Notes: generated from the letters alone by a model not told the origin. A DNA stretch of 64,000 nucleotides from Rhodobiaceae bacterium (GCA_038147995.1 JAYQUO010000007.1:26020-90019); one strand, 5' to 3'. Shown: positions 1 through 12,217, numbered from the stretch's first letter. Made by a program: numbers and translations.

Positions 1-811
1 GGGCGCTTTATTGGGGGTCGGTCAGGGCAGTGCTCACCCCAGCCAATTGGTGGTGATGCAATGGAACGGCGGCGCTAGAAAAGACAAGCCCTTAGCCTTT
101 ATTGGCAAAGGCGTATGTTTCGACACAGGTGGCATTTCGATCAAGCCTGCTGCTGGCATGGAAGACATGAAGGGCGACATGGGGGGCGCCGCAGCAGTGA
201 CGGGGCTGATGATGTCGCTCGCTAAACGGAAAGCAAAGGTCAATGTCGTTGGCGTCATTGGTTTGGTTGAAAATATGCCGTCGTCGACGGCCCAAAGGCC
301 TGGTGACATTGTGACCTCGATGTCTGGGCAAACGATTGAAGTGCTCAACACGGATGCCGAGGGGCGCCTGGTGCTGGCTGATGCGTTGTGGTACACACAA
401 AACCGCTTCAAACCGCGCTTTATGATTGATTTGGCGACGCTAACGGGCGCGATCATGATTGCTCTGGGGCAGGACTATGCCGGCATGTTCTCAAATAATG
501 ATAAGTTATGCGCGCAGCTTGATGCGATCGGTAAGTCGGAGGGCGAGCTCGTCTGGCGCATGCCGATGAACGATAATTTTGATAAAATGATCAACACGCC
601 GAATGCCGATATGAAAAATATTGGTGGTCGCTATGCGGGGTCAAGCACGGCGGCGCAATTCCTCGAGCGCTTTGTCAATAAATTGCCGTGGGTGCATTTG
701 GACATTGCTGGGACGGCTATGGGATCTCCGAAATCGCCAATCAGTCAAAGTTGGGCCAGCGGGTTCGGCGTCAAGCTCCTCGATCGCTTTGTCCGCGCGC
801 ATTACGAGTAA
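1..811 (+). CDS. pepA: Leucyl aminopeptidase (M17 family), C-terminal part; the 5' end lies upstream of the window
   Basis: The frame is open back to base 2 (..[10 protein letters not shown]). M17 motifs [15 protein letters not shown] and NTDAEGRL are present. Confidence 0.93.
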   Translation, partial: GALLGVGQGSAHPSQLVVMQWNGGARKDKPLAFIGKGVCFDTGGISIKPAAGMEDMKGDMGGAAAVTGLMMSLAKRKAKVNVVGVIGLVENMPSSTAQRPGDIVTSMSGQTIEVLNTDAEGRLVLADALWYTQNRFKPRFMIDLATLTGAIMIALGQDYAGMFSNNDKLCAQLDAIGKSEGELVWRMPMNDNFDKMINTPNADMKNIGGRYAGSSTAAQFLERFVNKLPWVHLDIAGTAMGSPKSPISQSWASGFGVKLLDRFVRAHYE

Positions 812-1273
812 ATGCCAGACTATTTGTTCTACCATTTAGAGCGGCAGGGTTTGCATGATGTCCTGCCGCGCCTGTTGGAACTGTCGTTGCAACGTGACTG
901 GCGCTGTGTTGTGAAATCTTCCGCCTCGACGGGCTTAGAAGACTTGAGCGCACATTTGTGGAGCTATAAAGAACACAGTTTTCTGGCGCATGCCCGCGCG
1001 GGCGATGCCACTATGGCCGAGCATGCGGCCATGCAACCGATTTGGCTCACCGATGGTGACGATTGCCCAAATGCGGCGCAGGTTTTGTTTTTAATCGATG
1101 GCGCAATTGTCGAGACGACGCATGCCTACGAGCGGGTGGTGTATATTTTTGACGGCCAAGATGACGTGGCTTTGCAGGCTGCCCGCGCGTTTTGGAAAAA
1201 GTTAAATGAAACGGGTGCGTCGCCAACTTACTGGCAGCAAAATGAAAATGGTGCTTGGGAGAAGCGCGGCTGA
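812..1273 (+). CDS. holC: DNA polymerase III subunit chi
   Basis: The ATG abuts the pepA stop (TAAATG). The product is 153 aa with an N-terminal FYHL segment, and pepA-holC synteny is conserved. Confidence 0.75.
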   Translation: MPDYLFYHLERQGLHDVLPRLLELSLQRDWRCVVKSSASTGLEDLSAHLWSYKEHSFLAHARAGDATMAEHAAMQPIWLTDGDDCPNAAQVLFLIDGAIVETTHAYERVVYIFDGQDDVALQAARAFWKKLNETGASPTYWQQNENGAWEKRG

Positions 1274-1342
1274 TGCCTTGCGTTGATCGGCACAAGGGCT
1301 TATAAGCCGTCTCAGTTTTAATCCGATACAGAGGACGAGTTC

Positions 1343-1765
1343 ATGGCGATCGAACGTACTTTTTCAATTATTAAGCCCGATGCAACGCGGCGCAATCTAA
1401 CCGGTAAAATTATTGACCGATTTGAGTCGGCTGGTTTGCGGATTGTGGCTTCAAAGCGCATTCACATGACCCAAGCGCAAGCCGAGGGGTTTTATGCTGT
1501 TCATAAAGAGCGCCCCTTTTTCAATGATTTGGTCGCCTTTATGACATCAGGGCCGGTTGTTGTTCAGGTGCTTGAAGGGGAAAACGCGATTACCCGCAAT
1601 CGTGAAGTTATGGGGGCGACGAACCCAGCCGATGCTGCCGAGGGCACAATCCGGAAAGACTTCGCCGAGAGCATTGAAGCAAACTCCGTGCACGGCTCAG
1701 ATGCTCCCGAAACGGCTGCTGAAGAAATTAAATTCTTCTTCGCGGATAACGAATTGGTCGGCTAA
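1343..1765 (+). CDS. ndk: Nucleoside diphosphate kinase
   Basis: 140 aa. It starts [11 protein letters not shown] and carries the active-site motif NSVHGSD. Confidence 0.97.
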   Translation: MAIERTFSIIKPDATRRNLTGKIIDRFESAGLRIVASKRIHMTQAQAEGFYAVHKERPFFNDLVAFMTSGPVVVQVLEGENAITRNREVMGATNPADAAEGTIRKDFAESIEANSVHGSDAPETAAEEIKFFFADNELVG

Positions 1766-1790
1766 AACGCCTCATATAATTATTAGGTTT

Positions 1791-1819
1791 AAGGCCGGCT
1801 TTGTCCGGCCTTATTTTTT
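1791..1819 (+). terminator. Rho-independent terminator after ndk
   Basis: Stem aaggccgg/ccggcctt (8 bp perfect), loop ctttgt, then a T6 tract. The T tract overlaps the purN stop codon on the other strand. Confidence 0.75.
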
Positions 1820-2429
1820 AGGCCTTTGGATTGCCCCAAAAATCGTCCCGAGCACGGTCTAGGGCAGCGCAATAAGTGGGGTGTTCGACCGCCAAGACAC
1901 GGGCGGCGAGGTCGTCTTCTGAGTCATCGGCGAACACCGGAACCTCGGTTTGCAAGATCACCGGCCCCGCATCCATTTCGGGAACCACATAGTGAACGCT
2001 ACAGCCATGCTTGCTGGCGCCATCTTCGAGAGCACGACGATGCGTATCCAAACCTTTGTAAAGTGGAAGCAGGGAGGGGTGGATGTTGATAATGCGGTGA
2101 TCCCACTGCGCGACGAACTCGGCAGATAGGATGCGCATAAATCCAGCCAAACAAATAAGGTCCGTCCCCGCCGCCGTCAAATGGTCATGCATGGCGGCTT
2201 CGAATGCGGCCTTCGTCTCATAGCCACTATGATCAATCAACTTTGTGGTCAAACCACGCTCTTGCGCCGCTTGCATACCGCCCGCATTGGGTCGATTGCA
2301 GATCAAAGACGCGACGGCGTAATTTTCGGGGCGTGCAATCATATGATCAAGCAAAGCCAGCATGTTGCTACCGCGCCCAGAAAACAGAATACTCACCCTC
2401 AGCGGCGCTTGGGTGCCGTCACGCGTCAT
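1818..2429 (-). CDS. purN: Phosphoribosylglycinamide formyltransferase
   Basis: Motifs GFMRIL and INIHPSLLP are present. The start is taken at MTRDGTQ (ATG 2429), which overlaps the purM stop by 11 nt. The ORF-track start at 2552 lies inside purM. Confidence 0.9.
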   Translation of the reverse strand: MTRDGTQAPLRVSILFSGRGSNMLALLDHMIARPENYAVASLICNRPNAGGMQAAQERGLTTKLIDHSGYETKAAFEAAMHDHLTAAGTDLICLAGFMRILSAEFVAQWDHRIINIHPSLLPLYKGLDTHRRALEDGASKHGCSVHYVVPEMDAGPVILQTEVPVFADDSEDDLAARVLAVEHPTYCAALDRARDDFWGNPKA

Positions 2430-3480
2430 AGATAACTTCCCGGCTGGCATCATCGGTGATTTGCCCGAGCCGTGACACGGCTTCGCCGCAGTTTTCGAGA
2501 TGCGCTTGCAGCGTGTCGGCGGCCTCGGGAGCGCAGACAACCACCATACCAATGCCGCAATTAAATGTTTTTAACATCTCGTCGTCATTCGTCCCGCTCT
2601 CCGCTTGTAGCCATTGAAAGACACTCGGGCGTTGCCACGATCCGAGATTAAGTCTTGCGGCTTTACCCTCAGGTAGGACACGCGGAATATTTTCAGTCAA
2701 ACCGCCGCCCGTGATATGGGCCAGAGCCTTAATTGGGTGTCCGTCGCGCAAGGCACTGAGGATTGACTTGACGTAGATGCGCGTGGGGCGGAGAAGATCT
2801 TCAGCCAAACTCGCGTGATCAGAGGCAAAAGGCGGTGGCTCATCCCAAGCACACCCGGACTGGCTCACCAAGCGGCGGACTAGGGAATAGCCATTTGAGT
2901 GGATGCCGTTCGATGCTAATCCCAGAATGACATCACCAACGGCAAGGTCTGAGCGTGGCAAAATGGCGTCGCGTTCTACGGCGCCGACAGAGAAGCCTGC
3001 CAAATCATAGTCGTCGTGGGCGTATAGCCCGGGCATTTCAGCGGTTTCGCCACCGATCAAAGCACATCCGGCTTCGACACAGCCATCAGCAATGCCAGCG
3101 ATAACTTGTCGCGCGGTCTCGCGGTCGAGCTTGCCCGTGGCATAATAATCGAGGAAAAATAGGGGCTCGGCACCTTGCACCACGAGGTCGTTGACGCACA
3201 TTGCGACGAGATCAATCCCGATCGAGCTGTGCATACCGGCCTCAATGGCAATTTTAACTTTTGTACCAACGCCGTCATTGCATGCAACCAATACTGGATC
3301 TTTAAAGCCGCAGGCTTTGAGATCGAAAAGCCCGCCGAAACCGCCTAATGCGACATCAGCACCAGCGCGCGAGGTCCGCTTGGCCAATGGTCCAATATCT
3401 TTAATCAGGGCGTTACCGGCATCAATATCGACGCCGCTATCGGCATAGGTGGTGGGGGATTTCGGTTTAGAAGAACTCAT
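2419..3480 (-). CDS. purM: Phosphoribosylformylglycinamidine cyclo-ligase (AIR synthetase)
   Basis: Motifs [15 protein letters not shown] and GGETAEMPG are present. The start is taken at MSSSKPK (3480). Confidence 0.93.
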   Translation of the reverse strand: MSSSKPKSPTTYADSGVDIDAGNALIKDIGPLAKRTSRAGADVALGGFGGLFDLKACGFKDPVLVACNDGVGTKVKIAIEAGMHSSIGIDLVAMCVNDLVVQGAEPLFFLDYYATGKLDRETARQVIAGIADGCVEAGCALIGGETAEMPGLYAHDDYDLAGFSVGAVERDAILPRSDLAVGDVILGLASNGIHSNGYSLVRRLVSQSGCAWDEPPPFASDHASLAEDLLRPTRIYVKSILSALRDGHPIKALAHITGGGLTENIPRVLPEGKAARLNLGSWQRPSVFQWLQAESGTNDDEMLKTFNCGIGMVVVCAPEAADTLQAHLENCGEAVSRLGQITDDASREVIYDA

Positions 3481-3596
3481 GAAGCTATGCCTAGTCGATT
3501 CGCGTGATGTGCGACTATAGCTTGTCGCCCGCATTGTGTCATTAACTCGCCATATTTATCTATTAAGCGCTAACAAAGCTATGCTAAAGGAGTGAT

Positions 3597-4646
3597 ATGA
3601 GAGGCTTTTTACGACTAGCGGCCATGCTGATTGTTTTGGCCGGCAAGACAGCTGTGGCGGGCGATATATTCGCCGTTAATGGCGTTCGCGTGGACGCGAC
3701 CGCGGCGACCTCGGCCGAAGCGCGGGCAATGGCTTTGGCGCAAGGCCATGAAAAAGCGCTCGAAACGGTTTTCAAGCGGCTGACGCCGGCAGCCTATTGG
3801 GACCAGCTTCCACCGCCGCAAACCCTCGATCTCGACAGCATTTTGTCTGGCTTTCGTATCTCCAATGAAAAAACCAGTCCCCGACGTTACCGCGCGTCTT
3901 TATCGGTGGCCTTTAAGCCCGACCGTATTCGAGAATTGGTCTATGACCGCGAAATCCCGCTGTCTGAAGTGCAGGCTCAACCCGTCTTAGTGCTGCCAAT
4001 CATGGAAGACCGCGACGGCCTTATTCTCTGGCAAGAAAACTGGTGGCGGAGCCTATGGCAAGAGCAAGATCTGACCAATAGTCTGGTCCCTTTGATTTTG
4101 CCGCTGGGAGACATTAGCGACACATTGGAAGCTTCGGCGGACGATGTTCTCGGTGGCGATCGGCTAAGGATTGATCTCTTGAAGACGCGCTATGGGACCT
4201 CTGCTGTTTATGTCGTCCATGCATTAGCGGATGTTGACGGTCAGCTCGGCGTAACCCTCTACAATTATCAAGACGGAGATGTTGCGATTGAGGTTTTAAG
4301 TTTTTTGGGCGCGGATAAAGAAGATCTCGGGCGACGCGCCATTTCGGAACTTCAGGCGACTATGGCTGAGAACTGGAAGCAGGCGACAGCGATTTTATCG
4401 CGGCGTGAGACGAGCTTGGTTGCGGAAGCTTCCTATAGTTCCTTTGAGGAATGGAGGGGTATTTCAGCTCAGCTCAACGAGACCCGCTTGATCCGCAATG
4501 TGACGTTAACCGAACTTGGCACGCGGGCGGCTTTTTTGACGCTCGATTTTGTTGGCTCGGTGGCCCAGCTCCAATCAAATCTGGAACAAGTCGGTCTACG
4601 ATTGGTGCCTGGATTTAATAATTATAGTCTCGTCTCTCTTCGCTAA
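3597..4646 (+). CDS. Exported DUF2066-like protein of unknown function
   Basis: AAGGAG RBS before the ATG. N-terminal signal peptide MRGFLRLAAMLIVLAGKTAVAG. 349 aa. The family call is from memory of the purM/hda neighbourhood, not from a search. Confidence 0.5.
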   Translation: MRGFLRLAAMLIVLAGKTAVAGDIFAVNGVRVDATAATSAEARAMALAQGHEKALETVFKRLTPAAYWDQLPPPQTLDLDSILSGFRISNEKTSPRRYRASLSVAFKPDRIRELVYDREIPLSEVQAQPVLVLPIMEDRDGLILWQENWWRSLWQEQDLTNSLVPLILPLGDISDTLEASADDVLGGDRLRIDLLKTRYGTSAVYVVHALADVDGQLGVTLYNYQDGDVAIEVLSFLGADKEDLGRRAISELQATMAENWKQATAILSRRETSLVAEASYSSFEEWRGISAQLNETRLIRNVTLTELGTRAAFLTLDFVGSVAQLQSNLEQVGLRLVPGFNNYSLVSLR

Positions 4647-5327
4647 ATGTCGCGTCAACTTCCATTACCTTTACCGCATCGTAGCGCCCGTGGGCGGTCG
4701 GATTTTTTGCTGGCGCCCTGTAATCGGGAGGCCGTGGCACTGGTTGATGACAGCGCCAGCTGGGAGAATACGATCCAGTTAATTTACGGACCCGAGGCCT
4801 CTGGTAAGACGCATCTGCTCGATGTGTGGGCCGATGCGACGGGGGCCGTTGCGGTGGCGAGCCAGAATATTGACCAGATCGCCGTCGACAGTGTTCGTCA
4901 CTTGACGGGTTTAGCGCTCGATGATTTGCAAAATTTGGGGGCGGCCAACGAAACCCAACTCTTCCACGTTTTTAATGAGGCGCGGGCCTATAAAATACCG
5001 GTTTTAATGATGTCTTCGGTACCCCCACGGCGCATGTCAATCGCTTTGCCAGATCTGGCCTCGCGGCTATTGGGGCTTCCGGCTGTCGCACTGCAGGCAC
5101 CAGATGATACTTTGCTCGAGGGGCTCATGCTCAAATTACTCAATGATCGCCAGCTCAGCATTGCCGATCACGTTGCCTCATTCGTGCTCGATCGGCTTGA
5201 ACGAAGTTGTGGCGCGGTGGTGGCCTTTGTCGATGCATTCGATCGCATGAGTTTGGCGCAAAAGCGCCCTTTGACGCGCGCTTTGGCGGTAGAAGTGCTT
5301 GCTCAAATGTCAGTAAAAATGTCATAA
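4647..5327 (+). CDS. hdaA: DnaA regulatory inactivator HdaA (DnaA-domain III homologue)
   Basis: The ATG abuts the upstream stop (TAAATG). It has the N-terminal QLPLPL clamp-binding-like motif and the Walker A-like segment GPEASGKTHLL. 226 aa. Confidence 0.78.
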   Translation: MSRQLPLPLPHRSARGRSDFLLAPCNREAVALVDDSASWENTIQLIYGPEASGKTHLLDVWADATGAVAVASQNIDQIAVDSVRHLTGLALDDLQNLGAANETQLFHVFNEARAYKIPVLMMSSVPPRRMSIALPDLASRLLGLPAVALQAPDDTLLEGLMLKLLNDRQLSIADHVASFVLDRLERSCGAVVAFVDAFDRMSLAQKRPLTRALAVEVLAQMSVKMS

Positions 5328-5399
5328 AACTGTTACATGATATTGATATCAACGACCTTTTAAAGGCTGCAGTTCGCGGCGCGGTCGGGAATTTAGGGC

Positions 5400-7571
5400 A
5401 TGGTAACGCATAATATTTCGCATCCAGAAAAACATGCGCGCTTCTCGGAAGAGGCAGCGGAAGAATATAAAAAATTTTCCCGCTCCGAGCGCTATATAAA
5501 TCGTGAATTGTCATGGTTGGCTTTTAATCAACGGGTCTTTGAAGAAGCCAATAATCTCTCTTATCCGGTTTTAGAGCGCCTAAGGTTTCTCTCAATTTCG
5601 GCGACGAATTTGGAAGAATTCTTTATGGTTCGCGTCGCTGGTCTGATTGGCCAGAAAAACGCGGGCGTCAAATCGCGGAGTCAAGACGGTTTAAAACCGT
5701 CGGAGCAATTAGCGGCTGTGATTGAGCGGGCCAACGAATTGATGCGTGCGCAACAGAATGCTTTGCTAAATTTGTTGCAGGAAATGGAGGGCGAGGGGGT
5801 TTGTGTTTTGCCCGCCGATGCCCTCAATGGAGCGCAAACGGATTGGCTTGAGGATTATTTTCTCGACAATGTCTTGCCCGTTTTGACGCCGCTGGCCATT
5901 GACCCCGCGCACCCCTTTCCCTTTATTCCAAATTTAGGATTTGCATTGGCCCTGCAATTGTCGCGCAGGCGTGACAAAAAGGCCATGAATGCATTACTGC
6001 CGATCCCGCAACAGCTCGAACGCTTTATACGTCTGCCGGACGATCTCAGCGACGGAAAACATCTGTTTATGCGGCTCGAAACCCTGATTTCAATGTTTGT
6101 CGATCGCACCTTTCCTGGCTACGAGGTCTTGGGGCAGGGCACATTTCGGGTTTTACGCGACAGTGATATTGAGGTCGAGGAGGAAGCAGAAGATCTTGTG
6201 CAGGTGTTCGAGACGGCGCTGAAGCGGCGGCGGCGCGGGGTCGTCATACGGCTTAAAATAGAGAGCAGTATGCCGAACGATCTTCGCGAGTTGGTGGTCG
6301 CGGAGATGGAAGTCGCGCATGAACATGTGATCAGCGTTGACGGCTTGGTTGGGCTGGCACAGATCGCCCAAATTGTGCATCTCGGCCCCGCCCATCTTAA
6401 ATTTGAGCCCTATAATCCGCGCTTTCCAGAGCGTATACGAGAGCATGCTGGAGACTGTTTCGCGGCCATTAGCGAGAAGGATATTATTGTCCACCACCCC
6501 TATGAGAGTTTCGATGTTGTCGTGCAGTTTGTACGACAAGCGGCGCGCGATCCTAATGTGATTGCTATTAAGCAAACCCTCTATCGCACCTCAGAAGACA
6601 GCCCCATCGTCGAAGCACTGATTGAAGCCGCTGAGGCTGGAAAATCCGTCACGGCTCTGGTGGAGCTCAAAGCGCGCTTTGATGAAGCCGCCAATATTCG
6701 TCAGGCGCGGGCCATGGAACGGGCGGGGGTTCAGGTTGTTTTTGGGTTCATTGAGCTTAAAACACACGCCAAGGTCAGCTTGGTCGTGCGGCGCGATCTC
6801 GGCGGTACGCAGACCTTTGTGCATATGGGGACAGGGAATTACCACCCGCAAACAGCGCGGATTTATACCGATTTGTCATTATTTACCTGTAATCGCGATA
6901 TTGCCCGTGATGCAGGTCAGGTCTTCAATTATTTTACGGGCTATGCTGAGCCGACAGAATTGCAATGTATGGCTATGTCGCCGGTAAATTTGCGTAGCCG
7001 CTTGATGCAACATATTAGGGCGGAAATTGATCACGCCAAAAATGGCAGACCCGCGATGATATGGGCCAAAATGAATGCCCTCGTTGATCCGCATGTTATC
7101 GACGCGCTTTATGAGGCGTCCAACGCGGGCGTGAGCATCGATCTTGTCGTTCGTGGCATTTGCTGTTTGCGGCCGGGTATTCCGGGTTTGTCGGAAAACA
7201 TCCGGGTTAAAAGCATTATCGGCCGGTTTTTGGAACACTCACGCATTGTCTGTTTTGGCAATGGTCATGGCTTGCCCTCACCCGAGGCAAAAGTGTATCT
7301 TTCCTCCGCGGATTGGATGCCGCGAAATTTGGATCGACGGGTAGAGGTTTTGGTGCCTTTATTGAATCCAACAACGCATGCGCAAGTCATGGATCAAATA
7401 ATGCGAGTCAATTTAGCCGATAATAGCCTAAGTTGGCTGATGCAGCCGGAGGGACAGTATGTTCGTGCACCGCGCGGCGAAGGCGAGGCGGAGATCAACG
7501 CTCATAATTACTTTATGACCAATCCAAGCCTGTCGGGGCGTGGCGCAGCTGCCCACAAAGCGCGTAGCTGA
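5400..7571 (+). CDS. ppk: Polyphosphate kinase 1
   Basis: 723 aa. Motifs [29 protein letters not shown] and the C-terminal PLD-like EHSR are present. Confidence 0.96.
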   Translation: MVTHNISHPEKHARFSEEAAEEYKKFSRSERYINRELSWLAFNQRVFEEANNLSYPVLERLRFLSISATNLEEFFMVRVAGLIGQKNAGVKSRSQDGLKPSEQLAAVIERANELMRAQQNALLNLLQEMEGEGVCVLPADALNGAQTDWLEDYFLDNVLPVLTPLAIDPAHPFPFIPNLGFALALQLSRRRDKKAMNALLPIPQQLERFIRLPDDLSDGKHLFMRLETLISMFVDRTFPGYEVLGQGTFRVLRDSDIEVEEEAEDLVQVFETALKRRRRGVVIRLKIESSMPNDLRELVVAEMEVAHEHVISVDGLVGLAQIAQIVHLGPAHLKFEPYNPRFPERIREHAGDCFAAISEKDIIVHHPYESFDVVVQFVRQAARDPNVIAIKQTLYRTSEDSPIVEALIEAAEAGKSVTALVELKARFDEAANIRQARAMERAGVQVVFGFIELKTHAKVSLVVRRDLGGTQTFVHMGTGNYHPQTARIYTDLSLFTCNRDIARDAGQVFNYFTGYAEPTELQCMAMSPVNLRSRLMQHIRAEIDHAKNGRPAMIWAKMNALVDPHVIDALYEASNAGVSIDLVVRGICCLRPGIPGLSENIRVKSIIGRFLEHSRIVCFGNGHGLPSPEAKVYLSSADWMPRNLDRRVEVLVPLLNPTTHAQVMDQIMRVNLADNSLSWLMQPEGQYVRAPRGEGEAEINAHNYFMTNPSLSGRGAAAHKARS

Positions 7572-7581
7572 TTATCGACCT

Positions 7582-9117
7582 ATGGCAAGCAACAAAACAT
7601 CTCGTCTGTCGGCACTATTGAAAAAAATGGGCCCCTTGAAGCCTGACGAACCCGTCGGCGTCGTTGATATTGGTTCCAACTCGGTGCGGCTTGTTGGCTA
7701 CAGCGGTACGGCGCGGACCCCCCTGCCGATTTATAATGAGCGCGCTTTTTGTCGGTTGGGAAGTTCGGTCGCTGCCACGGGACGCATAGAGGGCGCATCT
7801 TACGATCTGGCGCGTCAGACTTTTATTCGCTTTCGTGCGATTGCAGACCAGCTGGGCATTGAAAAACTATCAGTGTTCGCCACGGCCGCTGTCCGCGCCG
7901 CTGCAAATAAAGATGAATTCGTTGCTGAGGCGTCAGATATTTTTCGAAATCCAGTCCGCGTGCTGAATGGCATTGAAGAGGCTCACCTGACTTCGCATGG
8001 TGTGATGATGGCGATCCCCGGCGCGGATGGTATCGTCGCCGATCTGGGTGGCGGTAGCCTCGAGCTGGCACATGTCCGCGGCGGTAAGATTTTAAATGCG
8101 GTCTCGCTTGATCTGGGTGTCTTAATTCTGGCCAGCGAGACGGCGAATGTCAGCCTCGCTATGAAGAAAAAAATCAAGCAAGAGCTCAAGAACATTGCGT
8201 GGCTCGGACGCTGCAAGGATAAGGCTTTATATGCGGTTGGTGGGACATGGCGGAGCTTGGCATCGGTGCATATGGCGCAAAAGTCCTATGGGTTGCCGGT
8301 GTTGCATCAATATGAAATGGAGTGCAGCAAATCGCGAAGCTTCCTGAGGGTGATAGCGGGATTGAGCGATAAAGCAAGTGGGGCGCTTGAGGCGGCCTCT
8401 AAAAACCGGCGACAATCTTTGCCGATTGCAGCGCAGATTCTGTTGAACTTGGTCGAGGCAACGGGTGCCAAAAAGATAGTCATTTCAGCAACAGGTGTAC
8501 GCGAAGGGGTGCTGGTGGAAACGCTATTGCCGAGCGGTTATCGCGAGACAGATCCGCTGCTGTTGGCGTGCGAAGAAATGGCTGAGCGGATGAGCAAATC
8601 TTACAAATATGGCTATGATCTTGATGTCTGGACGTCTGATTTGTTTAAAGGTCATAGCCGCGCTAAGGACTTAAACCGCTTTCGTCGGGCGGCCTGTCTG
8701 GTCTCAGACATTGCTTGGTCGCAACACCCAAGGTCTCGGGCTGAGATTGCGTCGCAGACTGTTTTGCGGGCGCCCTTTAATGGAATTTCGCATGAAGGAC
8801 GGGTGTTGATGGCGCATGCTTTGGCGCATCGTCATGAGGTGAATAATGCCTTGCCCCTCTTGGCCGGCCTACCGCGGTTTGCCGAGGCTGAGCAAGCGGG
8901 CCGCGCGCTGGGTTTGTGTTTTCGGCTGGCACATTCGTTAACAGCCTCCATGCCGGGCATGTTACCGCTGACGCAACTGCGATTTGGAGCGGGTGAATTG
9001 ACGCTTGACCTTCGGCAGCTTCCCGAGGCGCTCTACGCGCCGATTGTGGTAAATCGATTTACTCTGCTGGCGAAGGCGTTAGGGCTCGCGCCAACCATTC
9101 TTCCGCCCGAGGTTTAG
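7582..9117 (+). CDS. ppx: Exopolyphosphatase (Ppx/GppA family)
   Basis: It has the VVDIGSNSVRLV phosphate-1 motif and DLGGGS. The start is taken at MASNKTS, 10 nt after the ppk stop. Confidence 0.87.
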   Translation: MASNKTSRLSALLKKMGPLKPDEPVGVVDIGSNSVRLVGYSGTARTPLPIYNERAFCRLGSSVAATGRIEGASYDLARQTFIRFRAIADQLGIEKLSVFATAAVRAAANKDEFVAEASDIFRNPVRVLNGIEEAHLTSHGVMMAIPGADGIVADLGGGSLELAHVRGGKILNAVSLDLGVLILASETANVSLAMKKKIKQELKNIAWLGRCKDKALYAVGGTWRSLASVHMAQKSYGLPVLHQYEMECSKSRSFLRVIAGLSDKASGALEAASKNRRQSLPIAAQILLNLVEATGAKKIVISATGVREGVLVETLLPSGYRETDPLLLACEEMAERMSKSYKYGYDLDVWTSDLFKGHSRAKDLNRFRRAACLVSDIAWSQHPRSRAEIASQTVLRAPFNGISHEGRVLMAHALAHRHEVNNALPLLAGLPRFAEAEQAGRALGLCFRLAHSLTASMPGMLPLTQLRFGAGELTLDLRQLPEALYAPIVVNRFTLLAKALGLAPTILPPEV

Positions 9118-10265
9118 GGGCGCGGGACAAGAACGACTTTGTCATCCTCGCTGGCAAGAGCCAACTTGCCATTTTTTAGATCCGCTGCATATTGGCCGAA
9201 GATTTCGTAGCGCCACCCGTGCATGGCGGGCACGTCGGGGGCGTTATCGCTGGCAATTCGGTCGAGATCAGCCGCTGAGGCAATGAGCTTGGGGGCGACG
9301 TCGCACTCATCGCATCGTTGTTTCAGCAGGACCCGCAAAAGATCAACCAAAGGACCAATCCCGGCTCGGTTGACGACAGCACGTGGCATTTTGGGCAAGG
9401 TTTTTGGGTCGGCGTCTAAACCTGTCGTGACCGCCTCGATCAGGCTTTCAGCCAAGCGTGATTTGTCGAAGCCTTTCGGTACGGCCCGCAAGCGCGACAA
9501 AGCCTGAGTATCTTTGGGCGACTGTAGTGCGATCTCGCGAATGGCGTCATCTTTCAAAATTCTGTTGCGCGGGACATCGCGCTCCCGCGCATGTTGTTCC
9601 CGCCAAGCCGCGACAGCGACCAAAACGCCAATAACATGCGGCCTGCGTTCTTGCATTTTAAGTCGCTTCCAAGCATTTTCAGGTCGCTGTAGATAGGTCT
9701 CGGGGTCGAGAAGAACTGCCATTTCTTCGTGCACCCAGTGCTCACGGCCATTGGCAGCGAGTTGATCGCGCAAAACGAGGTAAGCATCGCGCAAATGGGT
9801 CACGTCGGCGAGCGCATATTTTAATTGCGCTTCGGTTAGTGGCCGCCGTCCCCAATCGGTAAACCGGGACCCTTTATCGATTTTTGCGCCAACCGTCCTT
9901 CCGATCAATGTCTCATACCCCACCGCGTCGCCAAAACCACAGGCCATGGCAGCAATTTGTGTATCGAAGAGGGGGGTCGGGATAATTTGCGCTAGATTGA
10001 AGAATATCTCGATATCTTGCCGACATCCATGCATCACTTTGACCGTGTCAGGGTCACGCAAGACATCAAAAAACGGTTCGAGATCAATGCCTTCAGCAAG
10101 AGGGTCGATCATCGCCGCGCGCTCTGGGCTGGCTGCTTGGATGAGGCATAATTGTGGCCAATAGGTGGTCTCTCGGATAAACTCAGTATCGACCGTAATA
10201 AAGTCGCTTTTTCGTAATTCTGAGCAGAAATCCGCCAGATCCGCAGTATTGTCTATAACGTTCAT
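9114..10265 (-). CDS. rnd: Ribonuclease D
   Basis: DEDDy exonuclease motifs VDTEF, HGCRQDIE and YALADV are present, plus an HRDC-like C-terminal half. Confidence 0.9.
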   Translation of the reverse strand: MNVIDNTADLADFCSELRKSDFITVDTEFIRETTYWPQLCLIQAASPERAAMIDPLAEGIDLEPFFDVLRDPDTVKVMHGCRQDIEIFFNLAQIIPTPLFDTQIAAMACGFGDAVGYETLIGRTVGAKIDKGSRFTDWGRRPLTEAQLKYALADVTHLRDAYLVLRDQLAANGREHWVHEEMAVLLDPETYLQRPENAWKRLKMQERRPHVIGVLVAVAAWREQHARERDVPRNRILKDDAIREIALQSPKDTQALSRLRAVPKGFDKSRLAESLIEAVTTGLDADPKTLPKMPRAVVNRAGIGPLVDLLRVLLKQRCDECDVAPKLIASAADLDRIASDNAPDVPAMHGWRYEIFGQYAADLKNGKLALASEDDKVVLVPRP

Positions 10266-10384
10266 GGAAAAGGCTTATAACCGATCAATTCCAGCTTGTC
10301 GCCTGTTAAGCGAATATTCCGCGAACTGCTTGACTTTTGCGCTGAAGCGGTGTGTTTTCCGGACATAAATGATGAGGTTTAGTC

Positions 10385-12166
10385 ATGCATGAATATCGGT
10401 CACATCGCTGCGGAGATTTACGAATTTCTGATGTTGACAGTCAGGTTCGTTTATCGGGCTGGGTTCACCGTAAACGCGATCATGGCGGGTTGCTGTTTAT
10501 CGACCTGCGCGATCATTACGGATTAACGCAGTTGGTGGTCGAGCCCGAGAGCCCTGATTTTGCAGTGGCTGAGCGCGTGCGGGCGGAGAGCGTTATTCGG
10601 ATTGAAGGCAAGGTCGTCCCCCGCGATGGCGATGCCAAGAACCCGAACCTTCTGACTGGCGATATCGAAGTTTACATTAGCAAACTCGAAGTATTGTCAG
10701 ACGCACAAGATTTGCCACTGCCTGTTTTTGGTGAGCCTGATTACCCTGAAGATATTCGTCTTAAATACCGTTTTCTGGACTTGCGCCGCGATAGCTTGCA
10801 CGCCAATATTGTCTTGCGCTCGAAAATCATCGCCTCTTTGCGTCGGCGGATGACAGAGGCGGGCTTCAACGAATATCAAACGCCGATTTTGACGGCGTCG
10901 AGTCCTGAGGGCGCCCGCGATTTTCTGGTTCCATCGCGTATGCATCCAGGGAAATTTTATGCGCTGCCGCAAGCGCCGCAGCAATTTAAGCAATTGCTCA
11001 TGGTGGCTGGATTTGATCGTTACTTTCAAATTGCCCCCTGTTTCAGAGATGAAGATGCGCGCGCCGATCGGTCGCCGGGCGAATTCTACCAGCTCGATAT
11101 TGAGATGAGCTTCGTGACGCAGGAAGATATTTTCCAAGCCGTCGAGCCTGTTTTGCGTGACGTCTTTATTGAATTTGCTAATGGCAAGCGCGTTACTGAC
11201 GTTTTCCCACGCATCCCCTTTGATGAAGCCATGCGAAAATATGGTTCAGACAAGCCGGATCTTCGCATTCCAATCGCCATGGAAGATGTTACCGATCACT
11301 TCCGGGGTTCGGGGTTTAAGATTTTTGCCAATATGATCGAGGGCGATAGCGCCGTTGAAGTCTGGGCTATTCCGGCTAAGACGGGCGGCAACCGCGCTTT
11401 TTGTGATCGTATGAATAGCTGGGCGCAAGGCGAGGGGCAGCCAGGTCTTGGCTATATTTTCTTCCGCGATGGGGAAGGTGCTGGCCCTCTGGCGAAAAAT
11501 ATTGGGCCTGAGCGAACAGCGGCTATCCAACAGCAACTCGGTCTTAGTGACGGCGACGCTGTCTTTTTCTGTGCTGGCAAACCAAAGGACTTTGTCGACT
11601 TTGCTGGCCGTGCGCGAATAAAAGTGGGCCATGATTTGGAGCTGATCGACGCCGATCAATTTGCTTTTTGTTGGATTGTCGACTTTCCAATGTATGAATA
11701 TGACGAGAAATTGAAAAAAATTGATTTTTCGCATAACCCTTTCTCAATGCCGCAAGGTGGGCTTGAAGCGCTTGAAACAACTGACCCCCTGAATGTTAAA
11801 GGATATCAATACGATATAGTTTGTAATGGCATTGAATTGTCGTCGGGGGCGGTGCGGAACCATAAGCCGGAGATCATGCTGAAGGCTTTTGAGATTGCCG
11901 GCTATGGGCAAGATGAGGTCGAAGCGCGCTTTGGTGGCATGCTGAATGCCTTCCGCTATGGGGCACCGCCGCATGGCGGCATTGCGCCTGGTATTGACCG
12001 CATCGTCATGCTGTTGGCCGGGCAAGAGAATTTGCGCGAAGTTGTGGCGTTCCCGATGAACCAGCAAGCGGAAGATCTGATGATGCAGGCGCCAGCAGCA
12101 GTCAGCAATGCGCAATTGCGGGAGTTGAGCATCCGCTTGGCGGTCGACGCGAAGGAAAAAGGTTAA
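10385..12166 (+). CDS. aspS: Aspartate--tRNA ligase
   Basis: 593 aa. Class II motifs [10 protein letters not shown] and GGIAPGIDR are present, and there is an N-terminal OB anticodon-binding domain. Confidence 0.97.
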   Translation: MHEYRSHRCGDLRISDVDSQVRLSGWVHRKRDHGGLLFIDLRDHYGLTQLVVEPESPDFAVAERVRAESVIRIEGKVVPRDGDAKNPNLLTGDIEVYISKLEVLSDAQDLPLPVFGEPDYPEDIRLKYRFLDLRRDSLHANIVLRSKIIASLRRRMTEAGFNEYQTPILTASSPEGARDFLVPSRMHPGKFYALPQAPQQFKQLLMVAGFDRYFQIAPCFRDEDARADRSPGEFYQLDIEMSFVTQEDIFQAVEPVLRDVFIEFANGKRVTDVFPRIPFDEAMRKYGSDKPDLRIPIAMEDVTDHFRGSGFKIFANMIEGDSAVEVWAIPAKTGGNRAFCDRMNSWAQGEGQPGLGYIFFRDGEGAGPLAKNIGPERTAAIQQQLGLSDGDAVFFCAGKPKDFVDFAGRARIKVGHDLELIDADQFAFCWIVDFPMYEYDEKLKKIDFSHNPFSMPQGGLEALETTDPLNVKGYQYDIVCNGIELSSGAVRNHKPEIMLKAFEIAGYGQDEVEARFGGMLNAFRYGAPPHGGIAPGIDRIVMLLAGQENLREVVAFPMNQQAEDLMMQAPAAVSNAQLRELSIRLAVDAKEKG

Positions 12167-12217
12167 CAGGCTAGATTTAGATCTGCCCTAATGCCATATT
12201 AGGCGCAGGTAGCAGCG

